Shown in pieces: positions 44,520 to 53,901 of a stretch of 64,000 nt of DNA. Source of the stretch: an uncultured Planctomycetia bacterium (lineage in GTDB: Bacteria; Omnitrophota; Gorgyraeia; JABMRG01; JAFGKX01). The notes beneath the pieces were generated by a model. That model searched no databases, was not told the origin of the DNA, and saw nothing but the letters and a program-made list of their open reading frames with translations. Each line of letters begins with the position of its first letter. Position 1 is the first letter of the stretch. The stretch spans positions 1,636 through 65,635 of the forward strand of contig CAZMYR010000006.1 in the NCBI GenBank assembly GCA_964570585.1, in the 5' to 3' direction. Both the position numbers and the translations under genes were made by a program.

Positions 44520-46057
44520 TCCTCCAGCAATATATCGTTTTTAACAAGGGTTAAACCTTCAGCTTTATCGAGATTGATAATAGCAATATTATAATCAATT
44601 AATGCCTTAATATAATCAAGCTCTGCTTGTGCTAACTTATCCTGATAATCTAACATATCATGAGTGCTAATCTGCCCGGCTGCATATCGTTCACTTTGGG
44701 CTTGATAATTTTGAGTCTCCTTCTCTTTTGCTACCGTGGCTACCTGAACCTGGCGATATTGTATATCAACTTCCCTTACCTTATCCCTCACCTCTAAAAT
44801 GATGTTCTGCTCTAACCTTTTAAAAGCAATTAAGGCCTGGGCCTTTTCTAATTTTCTCTTATCATATTTTGCCCTATCGTCCCCTCCCCAGGGCATACTG
44901 AATTCAGCCCCGACGCTCCAGTCTCTATAATCTTTATCAATTTTATCCAAACATTGCTCATAGTCTTTGCCTAAAGCATTTAGGCCAAAACTCCCTGTTA
45001 AATCAAGCGTTGGCAATAACGCATTCTTTGCAACCTTTATCTTTATATCTCTATTTTTTAAATCTATTCTGTTTGAGATGTAATCCGGTCTATATATAAA
45101 TGCATTTTGAAGGCTTTCAACCAGATTAATCTCCTGGATTCTAAATTCCGGCGCATCTATCAATTCTATCTTTACGTTCCATAACTTCGGGTCATCCACT
45201 AAATTAGTGATCAATTTTAGCTCATCCTCTGCTTTTTTTAAATTTGACTCGGCAGTAATTAAGGCCTTTTCTCTTTTTGCTACCGCGGTCTCTGTCTCCA
45301 ATAAATCTACTGAACTTACCAGGCCTTTGGCATATCTGGCCTTATTTATCTGCAATAAGCCCTGAGCGCGCTCTAAGGATGATTTGGCTATGGAATAATT
45401 CTCAAGGTAATATAGATAGTTATAATAGTCAGTTTTAGTTTCGCTTACCGTGTCCATAACTGTGTCTTTAAAATCTTCTTCGCTTTCTGTTTTATCGTTT
45501 TTGGCAATAATAATATCTGCCCGGTTGACTAAGATGCCAAAATCTTTAAAAAGCGGCTGGGTAATAGTAATCTTTGGTTCGGAAGTATAATATGGGTTCA
45601 TCCTTTGGGTGGTTACACCGCTCTTATATCTTTTGTTTAAGAAATCGATATCATATTCTGTCCCGGTTATTAACTTTCCGGATATCCCGGCATTAAAATC
45701 TATATCTCTGCTTTTTAAGATTGCAGAGTAAGCTGTACTGGTGGACTTTTCAGTATTATCATGCAGCGTATAATCGGCATCGAGAGTCGGCTCAAAAGCT
45801 GCCTTTGCTATTTTTACGTCGTCTTCTTTAAGTTTAGGCTCAATTCGCTCTATTTTAATCTCTGAATTATTTTTAAGCGCATATGCAATGCAATCAATGA
45901 GTCCGATTTTTAAAACTTTAGCAGTCTTTGCAGATTCTATAAAAGCCTCTTTATTGAAGCTGCTTCCTGGTTTTCTCTCAGGAGCCCTGCCCATTGCAAA
46001 ACCAATTTGCACACTCAAAAAAACAAAAATTACAATTAAGCAAAATATCCTTCTCAC
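44516..46057 (-). CDS. TolC-like outer-membrane efflux protein
   Basis: Signal peptide; two repeats of the OEP helical motif; 513 aa. Confidence 0.75.
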   Translation of the reverse strand: MRRIFCLIVIFVFLSVQIGFAMGRAPERKPGSSFNKEAFIESAKTAKVLKIGLIDCIAYALKNNSEIKIERIEPKLKEDDVKIAKAAFEPTLDADYTLHDNTEKSTSTAYSAILKSRDIDFNAGISGKLITGTEYDIDFLNKRYKSGVTTQRMNPYYTSEPKITITQPLFKDFGILVNRADIIIAKNDKTESEEDFKDTVMDTVSETKTDYYNYLYYLENYSIAKSSLERAQGLLQINKARYAKGLVSSVDLLETETAVAKREKALITAESNLKKAEDELKLITNLVDDPKLWNVKIELIDAPEFRIQEINLVESLQNAFIYRPDYISNRIDLKNRDIKIKVAKNALLPTLDLTGSFGLNALGKDYEQCLDKIDKDYRDWSVGAEFSMPWGGDDRAKYDKRKLEKAQALIAFKRLEQNIILEVRDKVREVDIQYRQVQVATVAKEKETQNYQAQSERYAAGQISTHDMLDYQDKLAQAELDYIKALIDYNIAIINLDKAEGLTLVKNDILLEE

Positions 46058-46072
46058 TTTTATGCTCCTTAA

Positions 46073-46510
46073 TTATGCAAGTTGTTTATGTACCTTTTCT
46101 AATATATCGAGATACTTTCTTCGTTCATCCCTGCTTATTTTTCCGAACATCTTTTTTATCATCTTATATTGTTGCTGCATAACTGATCTTGCCACTTTTT
46201 TCCCTTGAGGAGTAATGGTTATTTCTACTATGCGTCTGTCTTTTTTACTGCGGTTTCTTTTCAGCAATCTATTTTTTATCATCCGGTCAACAAGGCCTGT
46301 AGCTCCGCTCATCGAGACAGAAAGGGAGTTTGCAATATCACTCATAATACAGCTTCTCCTTCTGCAAAGATACTGCAATATGGTCATCTGCGGTAATGAG
46401 ATTATGCCTCTGGTTAGTTCGTTCTTCTGTCCTTTTGTAAACTCTCCCATCATATCCGGAAGTATACCTGATAGCCGCTTTGCAAACAATGTAAGTTCCT
46501 TATCGCTCAT
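46073..46510 (-). CDS. MarR-family transcriptional regulator (likely regulator of the efflux operon)
   Basis: Winged helix LSVSMSGATGLVDRMIKNRLLKRNRSKKDRRIVEITITPQG. Confidence 0.75.
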   Translation of the reverse strand: MSDKELTLFAKRLSGILPDMMGEFTKGQKNELTRGIISLPQMTILQYLCRRRSCIMSDIANSLSVSMSGATGLVDRMIKNRLLKRNRSKKDRRIVEITITPQGKKVARSVMQQQYKMIKKMFGKISRDERRKYLDILEKVHKQLA

Positions 46511-46611
46511 TTTATCTTCTCTCTATTTTATTCAACTTCACTAATATTTAATCATATTAACTATTTACATAATAAAGTATACACTAAAATCTAAAAAAGT
46601 CAAGGGAAATA

Positions 46612-46669
46612 CAGACGTTTACGGTTTTGTTCGGGTACCTGTCCTATTTTCAATCGGGTACCTGTCCCC
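46612..46669. repeat. REP unit, forward, immediately upstream of the RAYT gene
   Basis: cagacgtttacggttttgttcgggtacctgtcctattttcaatcgggtacctgtcccc. Confidence 0.8.
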
Positions 46670-46685
46670 TTTTAAATTTTTTTCA

Positions 46686-46726
46686 TTTTTTTGAAATAAT
46701 TTGCCTAAAAAAATCGTCTATTTATA
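46686..46726 (+). promoter_or_regulatory. 41-bp element identical to one upstream of spoVG (62150-62190); contains TTGAAA and TATTTATA hexamers; putative shared promoter/leader
   Basis: tttttttgaaataatttgcctaaaaaaatcgtctatttata is 41/41 identical at both loci. Both are followed by a purine-rich leader and a GGAGG-type RBS. Confidence 0.5.
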
Positions 46727-46761
46727 TGAGGAGTAAAAAAAACAAAAAGGGGAGGTGTATT

Positions 46762-47241
46762 ATGCCAAGTGGACCAAGATTAATTGTGGATGAGGGCTGT
46801 TACCATATTATGACAAGGGGGAATCGGAAACAAAAAACCTTTAGGGCAGACGAAGATTTCCATAGGTATATGGGTATGCTAATAAAATACAAGAAGAAGT
46901 ATAAATTCAGGCTATATGGATATTGCCTTATGCCCAATCATGTTCATTTAATTGGGGAGGTGGTTGGCAAGAATTTATCTAAATTTATGCACGGATTAAA
47001 CAGGTCCTATGTTATATATTTTAACAAAACATATGACAAGGTAGGGCATCTTTGGCAGGATAGATTTAAGAGCAAGCTTATTGTGAAAGATAAATATCTA
47101 ATAGATTGCATAAATTATGTTGAACTTAACCCGGTAAGGGCTGGGTTAGTCGAAAGCCCCCATGAATATATATGGAGCAGCTATAGAGAAAGAAATATGA
47201 TGGAATCGCCTTATAAGGTTTTGGACGATTTTAGTCTTTAG
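46762..47241 (+). CDS. REP-associated tyrosine transposase (RAYT; IS200/IS605-like Y1 HUH transposase)
   Basis: HUH motif PNHVHLI and catalytic Tyr context YIWSSY; 159 aa from ATG 46762 (RBS aaaggggagg). Flanked by inverted REPs. The ORF track starts at 46627 inside the upstream element. Confidence 0.75.
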   Translation: MPSGPRLIVDEGCYHIMTRGNRKQKTFRADEDFHRYMGMLIKYKKKYKFRLYGYCLMPNHVHLIGEVVGKNLSKFMHGLNRSYVIYFNKTYDKVGHLWQDRFKSKLIVKDKYLIDCINYVELNPVRAGLVESPHEYIWSSYRERNMMESPYKVLDDFSL

Positions 47242-47300
47242 GGTACACTTACCCGAACAAAACTCAGACAGTTACCCGAACAACTTGGTAAACGTCTGTA
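47241..47300. repeat. REP unit, inverted, immediately downstream of the RAYT gene
   Basis: gggtacacttacccgaacaaaactcagacagttacccgaacaacttggtaaacgtctgta. Confidence 0.8.
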
Positions 47301-47302
47301 TT

Positions 47303-48235
47303 TTAGGCGAAAGCAATTAAGATGATGCCTAAAAACATAATGCTTGCGCCGAACAATCTTTCTTTTATGTTGGTTTCTTTAAAAATAACAGCTCCATATA
47401 TAACTCCGAAAAACAAGCTGCTTCTTTTTACAGCTATCATATAAGCTGCGTCTGTCATTGAAATTGCTATGCAATGAAAGATACAAGAAAGAGCAAACAT
47501 AACTCCTAGCGCAAAAAAGATGAGAAAATACTTTTTAGAGGGATTAATTCTAATCAAACCCCTTTTGTGTCTTATAAAGATCAATGGTGTCAAAAATAGC
47601 AATATAATTGGAAAATATATTATTGCAAAAAACATGGGACTGGAATGAATTATGGCTCGCTTGCCTAGCACCGAAGTTAAACTAAAGATAGAGGCTGCTG
47701 CTATCATATACATCGAACCTCTCTCTTTTAAAATTGCCTTTATTGGCCCGAGTATTCCTAAATGAATGGTTTCTATATTTAAAACATAGCCACCGACAAC
47801 AACTAACAGAATGCCGCTTGTGCCAATGGCAGATAGCTCCTCCCCTAGAATTATTGATGATGTTATTATTGCCAACGCAGGGGTTATGGCCAAAAATGGC
47901 ATGGTCAAAGATAAAGGCGAGATCTTAATAGCTTTAAGAAAGAGTATGTAAGCAAATATTTCAAATGGTATTAATATAAGAATCGTCTGGTAAAATATAT
48001 AATTTAATTTTGGGATTTGTATCCAAAATAGCAATAACAATAAAAAAGGGCAGGCAAATATCAAACGCAACCAGCCTGTAATATATTCGTCATTTCCCCG
48101 CATAGCAATTTTAGCAATGCATGAGGAAGTCGCCAATAAAAAGGCTGTTATTAAAGTATATACTAACCACATTGTAAAAATGGGACAGGTGCAATTTTTA
48201 GCTATTAAACGCGAGAAAAATTGTACCTGTCCCAA
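47303..48235 (-). CDS. DMT-superfamily (EamA-like) transporter, 10 TM; probable true start at Met22 (48172), because the first ~20 codons are a palindrome
   Basis: Two EamA-like halves. The N-terminal MGQVQFFSRLIAKNCTCPIF is encoded by the hairpin gggacaggtgcaattttt...aaaaattgtacctgtccc. Confidence 0.7.
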   Translation of the reverse strand: MGQVQFFSRLIAKNCTCPIFTMWLVYTLITAFLLATSSCIAKIAMRGNDEYITGWLRLIFACPFLLLLLFWIQIPKLNYIFYQTILILIPFEIFAYILFLKAIKISPLSLTMPFLAITPALAIITSSIILGEELSAIGTSGILLVVVGGYVLNIETIHLGILGPIKAILKERGSMYMIAAASIFSLTSVLGKRAIIHSSPMFFAIIYFPIILLFLTPLIFIRHKRGLIRINPSKKYFLIFFALGVMFALSCIFHCIAISMTDAAYMIAVKRSSLFFGVIYGAVIFKETNIKERLFGASIMFLGIILIAFA

Positions 48236-48240
48236 TTTTT

Positions 48241-48328
48241 AATAAGGTTTTGGACGATTTTAGTCTTTAGGGTACACTTTCCCGAACAAAACTGAGACAC
48301 TTTCCCGAACAATTTTGTAAACGTCTGT
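48241..48328. repeat. Direct repeat of the RAYT 3' end (29 nt identical to 47213-47241) plus an inverted REP unit
   Basis: ataaggttttggacgattttagtctttag gggtacactttcccgaacaaaactgagacactttcccgaacaattttgtaaacgtctgta. Confidence 0.8.
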
Positions 48329-48334
48329 ATTTAT

Positions 48335-49078
48335 TTACTTCTTCTCCATAAAGACCTTAAATAAATCTATCGGGATAGGAAAAATTATGGTAGAGTTATT
48401 CTCAGCAGAAATATCTGCCAATGTTTGAAGATACCTCATCTGAAGAGACATAGGCTGAGCCTGCATCTTCTCTGCCGCTGCAACCAATTTTTCTGCTGCC
48501 TGGAATTCGCCTTGAGCAGCTATTATCTTGGCCCGCCTTACTCTTTCTGCCTCGGCCTGTTTCGCCATTGCCCGTTTTAACTCTTCAGTTATATCTACAT
48601 GTTTTACTTCCACATTTGAGACCTTTATTCCCCAGGGGTCTGTCTGTTTATCTAAAATCTCCTGAATCTCACTATTGATTCTCTCTCTTTCTGAAAGTAA
48701 AGCATCCAACTCTCCCTGTCCTATTACGCTCCTTAATGTAGTCTGTGCCATCTGAGAGGTGGCAAAATTGTAATTTTGAACTTCATTGACAGCCTTGTTA
48801 GCATCCATCACTCTATAATAAACTACGGCATTTACCTTCACTGATACATTGTCTTTTGTTATGATATCCTGGGGTGGGACATCTAATGTTATCAACCTGA
48901 GGCTTATCCTGACCATCTTATCGATTGGGGCAAAGACGAGGATTATCCCAGGCCCTTTCGGATGCGGCAGAAGCCTGCCTAAGCGAAATATTACCCCTCT
49001 TTCGTATTCTTTCAATATCTTGATTGAGTTGATAATATAAACAACTATCAAACCTATTACTATCAATACTGGATTCAT
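48335..49078 (-). CDS. SPFH/Band-7 (stomatin-like) protein
   Basis: N-terminal TM; [33 protein letters not shown]...; coiled-coil C-terminus. Confidence 0.8.
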   Translation of the reverse strand: MNPVLIVIGLIVVYIINSIKILKEYERGVIFRLGRLLPHPKGPGIILVFAPIDKMVRISLRLITLDVPPQDIITKDNVSVKVNAVVYYRVMDANKAVNEVQNYNFATSQMAQTTLRSVIGQGELDALLSERERINSEIQEILDKQTDPWGIKVSNVEVKHVDITEELKRAMAKQAEAERVRRAKIIAAQGEFQAAEKLVAAAEKMQAQPMSLQMRYLQTLADISAENNSTIIFPIPIDLFKVFMEKK

Positions 49079-49092
49079 CTTGCTCCTCCTTT

Positions 49093-50487
49093 TTAAATTC
49101 CTTTCACAATCAGCTTCATCCCCTCTACCCTTATAACCTCTACTGTCTTTCCTTTATTTATGGGCTCTTTAGAAATAGCGTTCCATACCTCGCCGTGTAT
49201 AAACACCTTTCCTTTCGGCTTTAAGCTCTTTATCACCTTGCCCTGTTCGCCTATCAGTCCCTCTGCGCCGGTTTTTACTCTGCGCCTGTGCGTCCTTATA
49301 ACAACTGCTGCTAAAAATGTGGTAATAGCTGCAGTAGCAACCACTACAGGAATAATTACCTTTATAGAAATCCTCATAAACGCATAAGGTGAGTCTATTA
49401 ATATAACAGAGCCCAGTACCATAGATATTATCCCGCCCAGAGCAAGCAGGCCGAAACCTTGTACCTGCATCTCTGCAATAAATAATATAAAGGCCAATAT
49501 AATCAAAGCAACGCCGGCATAATTGGTCGGCAAGGTATGCAATCCGTAAAAGCCCAAAATTATAGCTATGGTGCCTGCTATTCCGGGAAAACCAATGCCG
49601 GGATGGGTAAACTCAAATAAGAGTCCGTAAAAACCAAGAATCATAAGTATATATGCGATTGTCGGATTTGTGATAACATTTAAAAATTGCTGGCGTTTAT
49701 CTAAATCTATCTTTACGATTTCTGCATCTTTTGTCGCAAGTTTATATTCTTTATCATCTACCTTTACGCGCCTGCCATTTATCTTAATCAGTAAATCATC
49801 GACATCTTCTGCTATCAAATCGATTGCTCCTAAATCTAAAGCCTCTGTCTCAGTTGCTGAGGCGCTCTCTAAGACCGCTTTTCTTGCCCAATCGACGTTT
49901 CTTTTACGGGTCTGAGCAATGGTGCTCACCCAGGCCAGGGTATCGCTCATAATTTTCTCGGACATAATATCCTTTTCTTCTTTAATGGGCTCTACCTTTT
50001 TATTTTTTCGTGTTTTATCCTCTTCAGTTTTTTTAAAATATTTTATTATTTCTTTTATTACATCCGAAGTGGACTTCCTCTCTCCCATCTGCACCGGATG
50101 GGCAGCTCCTATATTGGTAGACGGGGCCATCGCTGCAATATGCGAAGATATAGTTATAAATACACCTGCTGACCCGGCCCGGGCGCCTTTAGGCGAAACA
50201 TAAACTACCACCGGGACTTTGGAGGCCATAATCTCTTTTACTATCTTTCTGGTCGAACTTAATAAACCGCCCGGGGTATCCAGCTGGATTATGAGGCACT
50301 GGCCGTCGCGCTGTGCCAATCCTATTGTATTAGAAATATATTCTTCAACAACAGGATTTATGATATAGTCGTCTATAGTTACAAGGTAGACCAGCTTTGG
50401 TTTTTCTTGCGATGACGCCCCTGTTGTAAAGACTAAGAAAATAACTACGGGGATAATAAATATAAAAAGATATATTCTTTTGCTCAT
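49093..50487 (-). CDS. NfeD-family membrane-bound serine protease (stomatin operon partner) with C-terminal OB-fold
   Basis: ClpP-like [38 protein letters not shown]; TM block; C-terminal [24 protein letters not shown]. Confidence 0.75.
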   Translation of the reverse strand: MSKRIYLFIFIIPVVIFLVFTTGASSQEKPKLVYLVTIDDYIINPVVEEYISNTIGLAQRDGQCLIIQLDTPGGLLSSTRKIVKEIMASKVPVVVYVSPKGARAGSAGVFITISSHIAAMAPSTNIGAAHPVQMGERKSTSDVIKEIIKYFKKTEEDKTRKNKKVEPIKEEKDIMSEKIMSDTLAWVSTIAQTRKRNVDWARKAVLESASATETEALDLGAIDLIAEDVDDLLIKINGRRVKVDDKEYKLATKDAEIVKIDLDKRQQFLNVITNPTIAYILMILGFYGLLFEFTHPGIGFPGIAGTIAIILGFYGLHTLPTNYAGVALIILAFILFIAEMQVQGFGLLALGGIISMVLGSVILIDSPYAFMRISIKVIIPVVVATAAITTFLAAVVIRTHRRRVKTGAEGLIGEQGKVIKSLKPKGKVFIHGEVWNAISKEPINKGKTVEVIRVEGMKLIVKGI

Positions 50488-50499
50488 AAGTTTCGTTAT

Positions 50500-51228
50500 T
50501 TAGCTCACTTCTTCAGACACGCAGGCAACCTTTCTCATATTATCCAACCTGCCAAAACAGATTAACTTATCGCCTAAGTTAATTTTTACCCCTGCTAATG
50601 GGTTAGTAATATATTGTCCCTCCTTTTCAATAGAAAGGACTAATATATCTTGTCGTTTTAATTGCGATTCTGACAATGTCTTGCCCGATAAGGGATTATT
50701 TTTGCGAATCTCTATCTGCGATACACCATATCCGCCTGAGGTAAGTAAAAACTCCTCAAACGATACAGGTTTTATTATCTTTTTATCCAACATTCTTTGT
50801 TTTGCTTTCTTCATTATATAATCGCCGATTTTTGCATAAGTTATTACCTTATAAACAATTAAAAGGGCTATTAAAATAAGGATAAAATTAATATAGGGGA
50901 TAAGAAAAATAGGTATAAATTTACTAAGATGCGGTATAAAAAAGACAGGAGACGATGCCCCTTCGCTAATTGAGCTGACCAAAGTAGCGATGAGGGTTAC
51001 CAATCCTGCGCTTCCGAGTACCATTAATGCAGATGCAATCTTTCTGCGCTGGTCATGAGCGGCTATCAATTCCGCTTCTTTGGTAGTAAAACCTGTTCCG
51101 GTAAACGCAGAAAGGGCCTGAAATCTGGCTTGCTTTGGATTAAGCCCTGTAATCTCAAATGCGACCGCACCGACTTTTATGGCTATGAAAGATACTACTA
51201 TAACAATTAAAAAAAGGAAGAGGCTCAT
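50500..51228 (-). CDS. Membrane protein with C-terminal TrkA-C (RCK_C) domain; possible ion-transport component
   Basis: TM helices; SAFTGTGFTT; C-terminal GKTLSESQLKRQDILVLSIEKEGQYITNPLAGVKINLGDKLICFG. Confidence 0.45.
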   Translation of the reverse strand: MSLFLFLIVIVVSFIAIKVGAVAFEITGLNPKQARFQALSAFTGTGFTTKEAELIAAHDQRRKIASALMVLGSAGLVTLIATLVSSISEGASSPVFFIPHLSKFIPIFLIPYINFILILIALLIVYKVITYAKIGDYIMKKAKQRMLDKKIIKPVSFEEFLLTSGGYGVSQIEIRKNNPLSGKTLSESQLKRQDILVLSIEKEGQYITNPLAGVKINLGDKLICFGRLDNMRKVACVSEEVS

Positions 51229-51352
51229 TTTATTGCTCCTTAGTTATAAAATAGTTTAAAAAGTTATAAAAGTTAAAAAGTTATAAAAGTTAAAAAAGCC
51301 ATCCCATTTTAAACCTTTTAAACTTTTGGAACCTTTGAAACTTTCTAACCGG

Positions 51353-51634
51353 TTACAGGCAGGTTGATGTTTCTGCAATAGACCTGTTAATTCCATCTAT
51401 TGTTTTAAATATATCAGAGCGCTGCGGTTTTGGTATCTTAAATAAACATTTTATTAAAACATCATCGCAATTTATAATGCGCTCTCTGATTTCAGCAAAA
51501 GCGACTGTAATATGAAAAACCGTTGGAGAGTAATTTTCTTTTATGGCAAAAGAAAATTCTTGGGCCAGACAAGTAGAAGTTGACAGACTTATCAAAATTA
51601 TCAAGGATATAAAAATTAAAAATGTCTTTTTCAT
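51353..51634 (-). CDS. Hypothetical small secreted protein
   Basis: Signal peptide LIFISLIILISLSTSTCLA; 93 aa; start overlaps the upstream gene end. Confidence 0.3.
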   Translation of the reverse strand: MKKTFLIFISLIILISLSTSTCLAQEFSFAIKENYSPTVFHITVAFAEIRERIINCDDVLIKCLFKIPKPQRSDIFKTIDGINRSIAETSTCL

Positions 51635-52101
51635 TTTATTAACCTCAAGGCTGATGAAACAGCCTCTTTAGCAGTTTTTGCAACAACTATATCCTTTCCT
51701 TTACAGTAGTCTTTAACATTTAACGGCCAAGTATTTAAACCGATTACCGGCCTTCTATTTTTAAGGGCTAAACCAATCTCAGAAAGAGTGCCAAATTCAC
51801 CGCCAATAGCTATGACTGCATCTCCGGAGGAAGCTACTATAATATTTCTGCCGTCTCCCATGCCGGTAAGGATACTGATATCGGTATAAGAATTGCCTTC
51901 TGCGCTCTTTAATCCCGGCAATATCCCTACAACAGTGCCTCCTGCCTTTTTAGCTCCGCGAGAAGCGGCCTCCATCACTCCGCCCATGCCTCCGCAAATA
52001 AGAGCGGCGCCGGAATGGGCTATTTCAGCGCCAACTTCCTCTGCCAATTTAGCCTCTGTCTCATCGCACACACTACTGCCTATAACCGATATCTGTTTCA
52101 T
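51631..52101 (-). CDS. LOG/TIGR00725-like Rossmann-fold protein (paralog-type of the LOG protein at 61371-62036)
   Basis: ICGGMGGVMEAASRGAKKAGGTVVGILP...VIAIGGEFGTLSE. Confidence 0.55.
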   Translation of the reverse strand: MKQISVIGSSVCDETEAKLAEEVGAEIAHSGAALICGGMGGVMEAASRGAKKAGGTVVGILPGLKSAEGNSYTDISILTGMGDGRNIIVASSGDAVIAIGGEFGTLSEIGLALKNRRPVIGLNTWPLNVKDYCKGKDIVVAKTAKEAVSSALRLIK

Positions 52102-52185
52102 GCCAGTAACACCGCGTAGGTGTAGTAAGTAGGCCGGATTCGCTTACCACACCTACCCGGTGTAAAAATAGGTATAAAGAGAACA

Positions 52186-52207
52186 GGGCTATCTTTAAAG
52201 ATAGCCC
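52186..52207 (-). terminator. Putative intrinsic terminator of the 52267-52599 gene (perfect 11-bp palindrome followed on the minus strand by uguucucuuu)
   Basis: gggctatctttaaagatagccc; a second imperfect 14-bp hairpin at 52117-52156 lies in the leader of the next gene. Confidence 0.4.
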
Positions 52208-52266
52208 CCTCCCTTATAAACAATCTATATCTTCCGCCGAGCCAATATAAGCTATTTAGTCCCAGC

Positions 52267-52599
52267 CTATTCTGCCACCTCAATCATCTCTGGTTTAATT
52301 AAGGGTTCCGGTTTATTTGAGTCAAGAGGAAACGTGGCAACATCCAATGCTCCGGAAGCGGTCCTGGCAAAGGCGTTAAGAACACCTTTAACTAAACCCA
52401 CAGTAATGCCTAAAAATGGGTTGTTGGTATCCTTGGTAACTTTGATTATAGCATCCGGTACTTCTGTCCAACCTAAAACTATATTCTTCCCGCCGCGTTC
52501 CAGTTTTTCTGTTCCTATCTTTATAGGTTCGGCTGCCATAGGAAGCGTTATTCCAAGGATTATAGCAGTTACTAGTGCTATTATAAATACTCTCTTCAC
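52267..52599 (-). CDS. Small secreted protein, paralog of 27583-27954 (TIGR04073-like family, unverified)
   Basis: See 27583-27954; shared NNPxxGIT...KGV...DVATF core. Confidence 0.35.
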   Translation of the reverse strand: MKRVFIIALVTAIILGITLPMAAEPIKIGTEKLERGGKNIVLGWTEVPDAIIKVTKDTNNPFLGITVGLVKGVLNAFARTASGALDVATFPLDSNKPEPLIKPEMIEVAE

Positions 52600-52793
52600 T
52601 TTTCACCTCCTTTAACTAATATAATCAGTTATGCTTGTAATAATAGCAAACCGATTTCTTCTTCTACGCTCTATAAAATATAACATAAAATTACCGTCTA
52701 TGCAAGTATTTTTCTAAAAAAATATCAATTCCATCACCACCACCGCTTTCGCGGGGGTAAACTTGTCCCCGTGAAAACGGGGAGTGGGGAGGG

Positions 52794-53900
52794 CTAAATC
52801 TTTGCCTTCGCTGCATTTATTCTCCTGGAAGCCGGGGGATGGTCATAGAAAAATATCTCGACTATCCTCGACGGGTCAGGATCAGAAAGATTCTGTCTGG
52901 TCAGTTTTTCTATAAGCGAAATGAATGCTAAAGGCCTTCCTGTCGACTTTATTGCTTCTGCATCTGCCTGCGATTCAAAATATCTGCTGACTGCATTCTG
53001 CAACGGCGTGACTATTAAATTAAAACAGGTAAATATAAACGCTAATACCGGAAATGCGCTTATATCGTAAACCGGCAAATTTATTATATTATTAAGTATA
53101 ATGTCATAAGATAAGTACACTGAGAGAAAAGCAAGTATAGTTATTATTAAACTAAACAGAATGAGTTTCCAGAAATGGTGGTATTTATAATGGGCTAATT
53201 CATGGGCCAGGGTTGCTTCTATCTCCTCCGGCGAATAACTACTCAAAAGAGTATCTGATAGCAGTATCCGTTTTGATTTACCGATACCGGCCAATGCAGC
53301 GTTTGCCTTTTTAGTCTTGGCTCCGAGTCCTATTCTGTATATATCTATAACTTTAATACGCGCTTTTTCAGCCAGGGCAAGAAGCTTATCTTTTAAATCC
53401 TGGTCTTCTAACTTCTCTAATTTATAGAACAACGGAAGTATAAATATGGGAAATATCTTGGCAATAAGAAGGGCAAAGAAGAGCCAGAAAATAGAGGCCC
53501 ACAGCCACCAGGTGTAAGAGAAGTTCCTTATGAAAATATATAAGACTTCGAGCATTACAAGATATAATAATCCGCCAATCAATATCCTTTTAAAGTAATC
53601 CTTAAGCCATGATGAAAAATTCTGGCGGGAAAGGCCGAATTTATGCTCTAGCCTATAACCACTGAAAAAATCTAACCAGAATACAAAGATGTTAAAAAAG
53701 ACACTTAAGATAATTGCATAGATAGCTATTATGATAATTTCTTTTGAGCTAAAATAATCGGCAATGGATTTAAATTTAAAAGATAAGCCGCTGAATTGAA
53801 CCGTTAATAGAAAGACGAGCGTAAATCCTATTTCAAAAAGAGCGAGGTTATGCTTTGTTCTTGAGTATCTCCTGGCTTTCTCTAAATTGGTATCTTGCAT
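52794..53900 (-). CDS. M48-family (Ste24/HtpX-like) integral membrane zinc metalloprotease
   Basis: Multi-TM N-terminus; HELAH (HExxH) and the downstream FESQADAEA third-ligand region. Confidence 0.65.
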   Translation of the reverse strand: MQDTNLEKARRYSRTKHNLALFEIGFTLVFLLTVQFSGLSFKFKSIADYFSSKEIIIIAIYAIILSVFFNIFVFWLDFFSGYRLEHKFGLSRQNFSSWLKDYFKRILIGGLLYLVMLEVLYIFIRNFSYTWWLWASIFWLFFALLIAKIFPIFILPLFYKLEKLEDQDLKDKLLALAEKARIKVIDIYRIGLGAKTKKANAALAGIGKSKRILLSDTLLSSYSPEEIEATLAHELAHYKYHHFWKLILFSLIITILAFLSVYLSYDIILNNIINLPVYDISAFPVLAFIFTCFNLIVTPLQNAVSRYFESQADAEAIKSTGRPLAFISLIEKLTRQNLSDPDPSRIVEIFFYDHPPASRRINAAKAKI

Positions 53901-53901
53901 A

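Noticed and set aside
52334-52615. Plus-strand ORF (93 aa) and the 52388-52606 minus-strand ORF (72 aa)
   Set aside because: Both overlap the better-supported 52267-52599 secreted-protein gene, which has a signal peptide and a paralog in the window.
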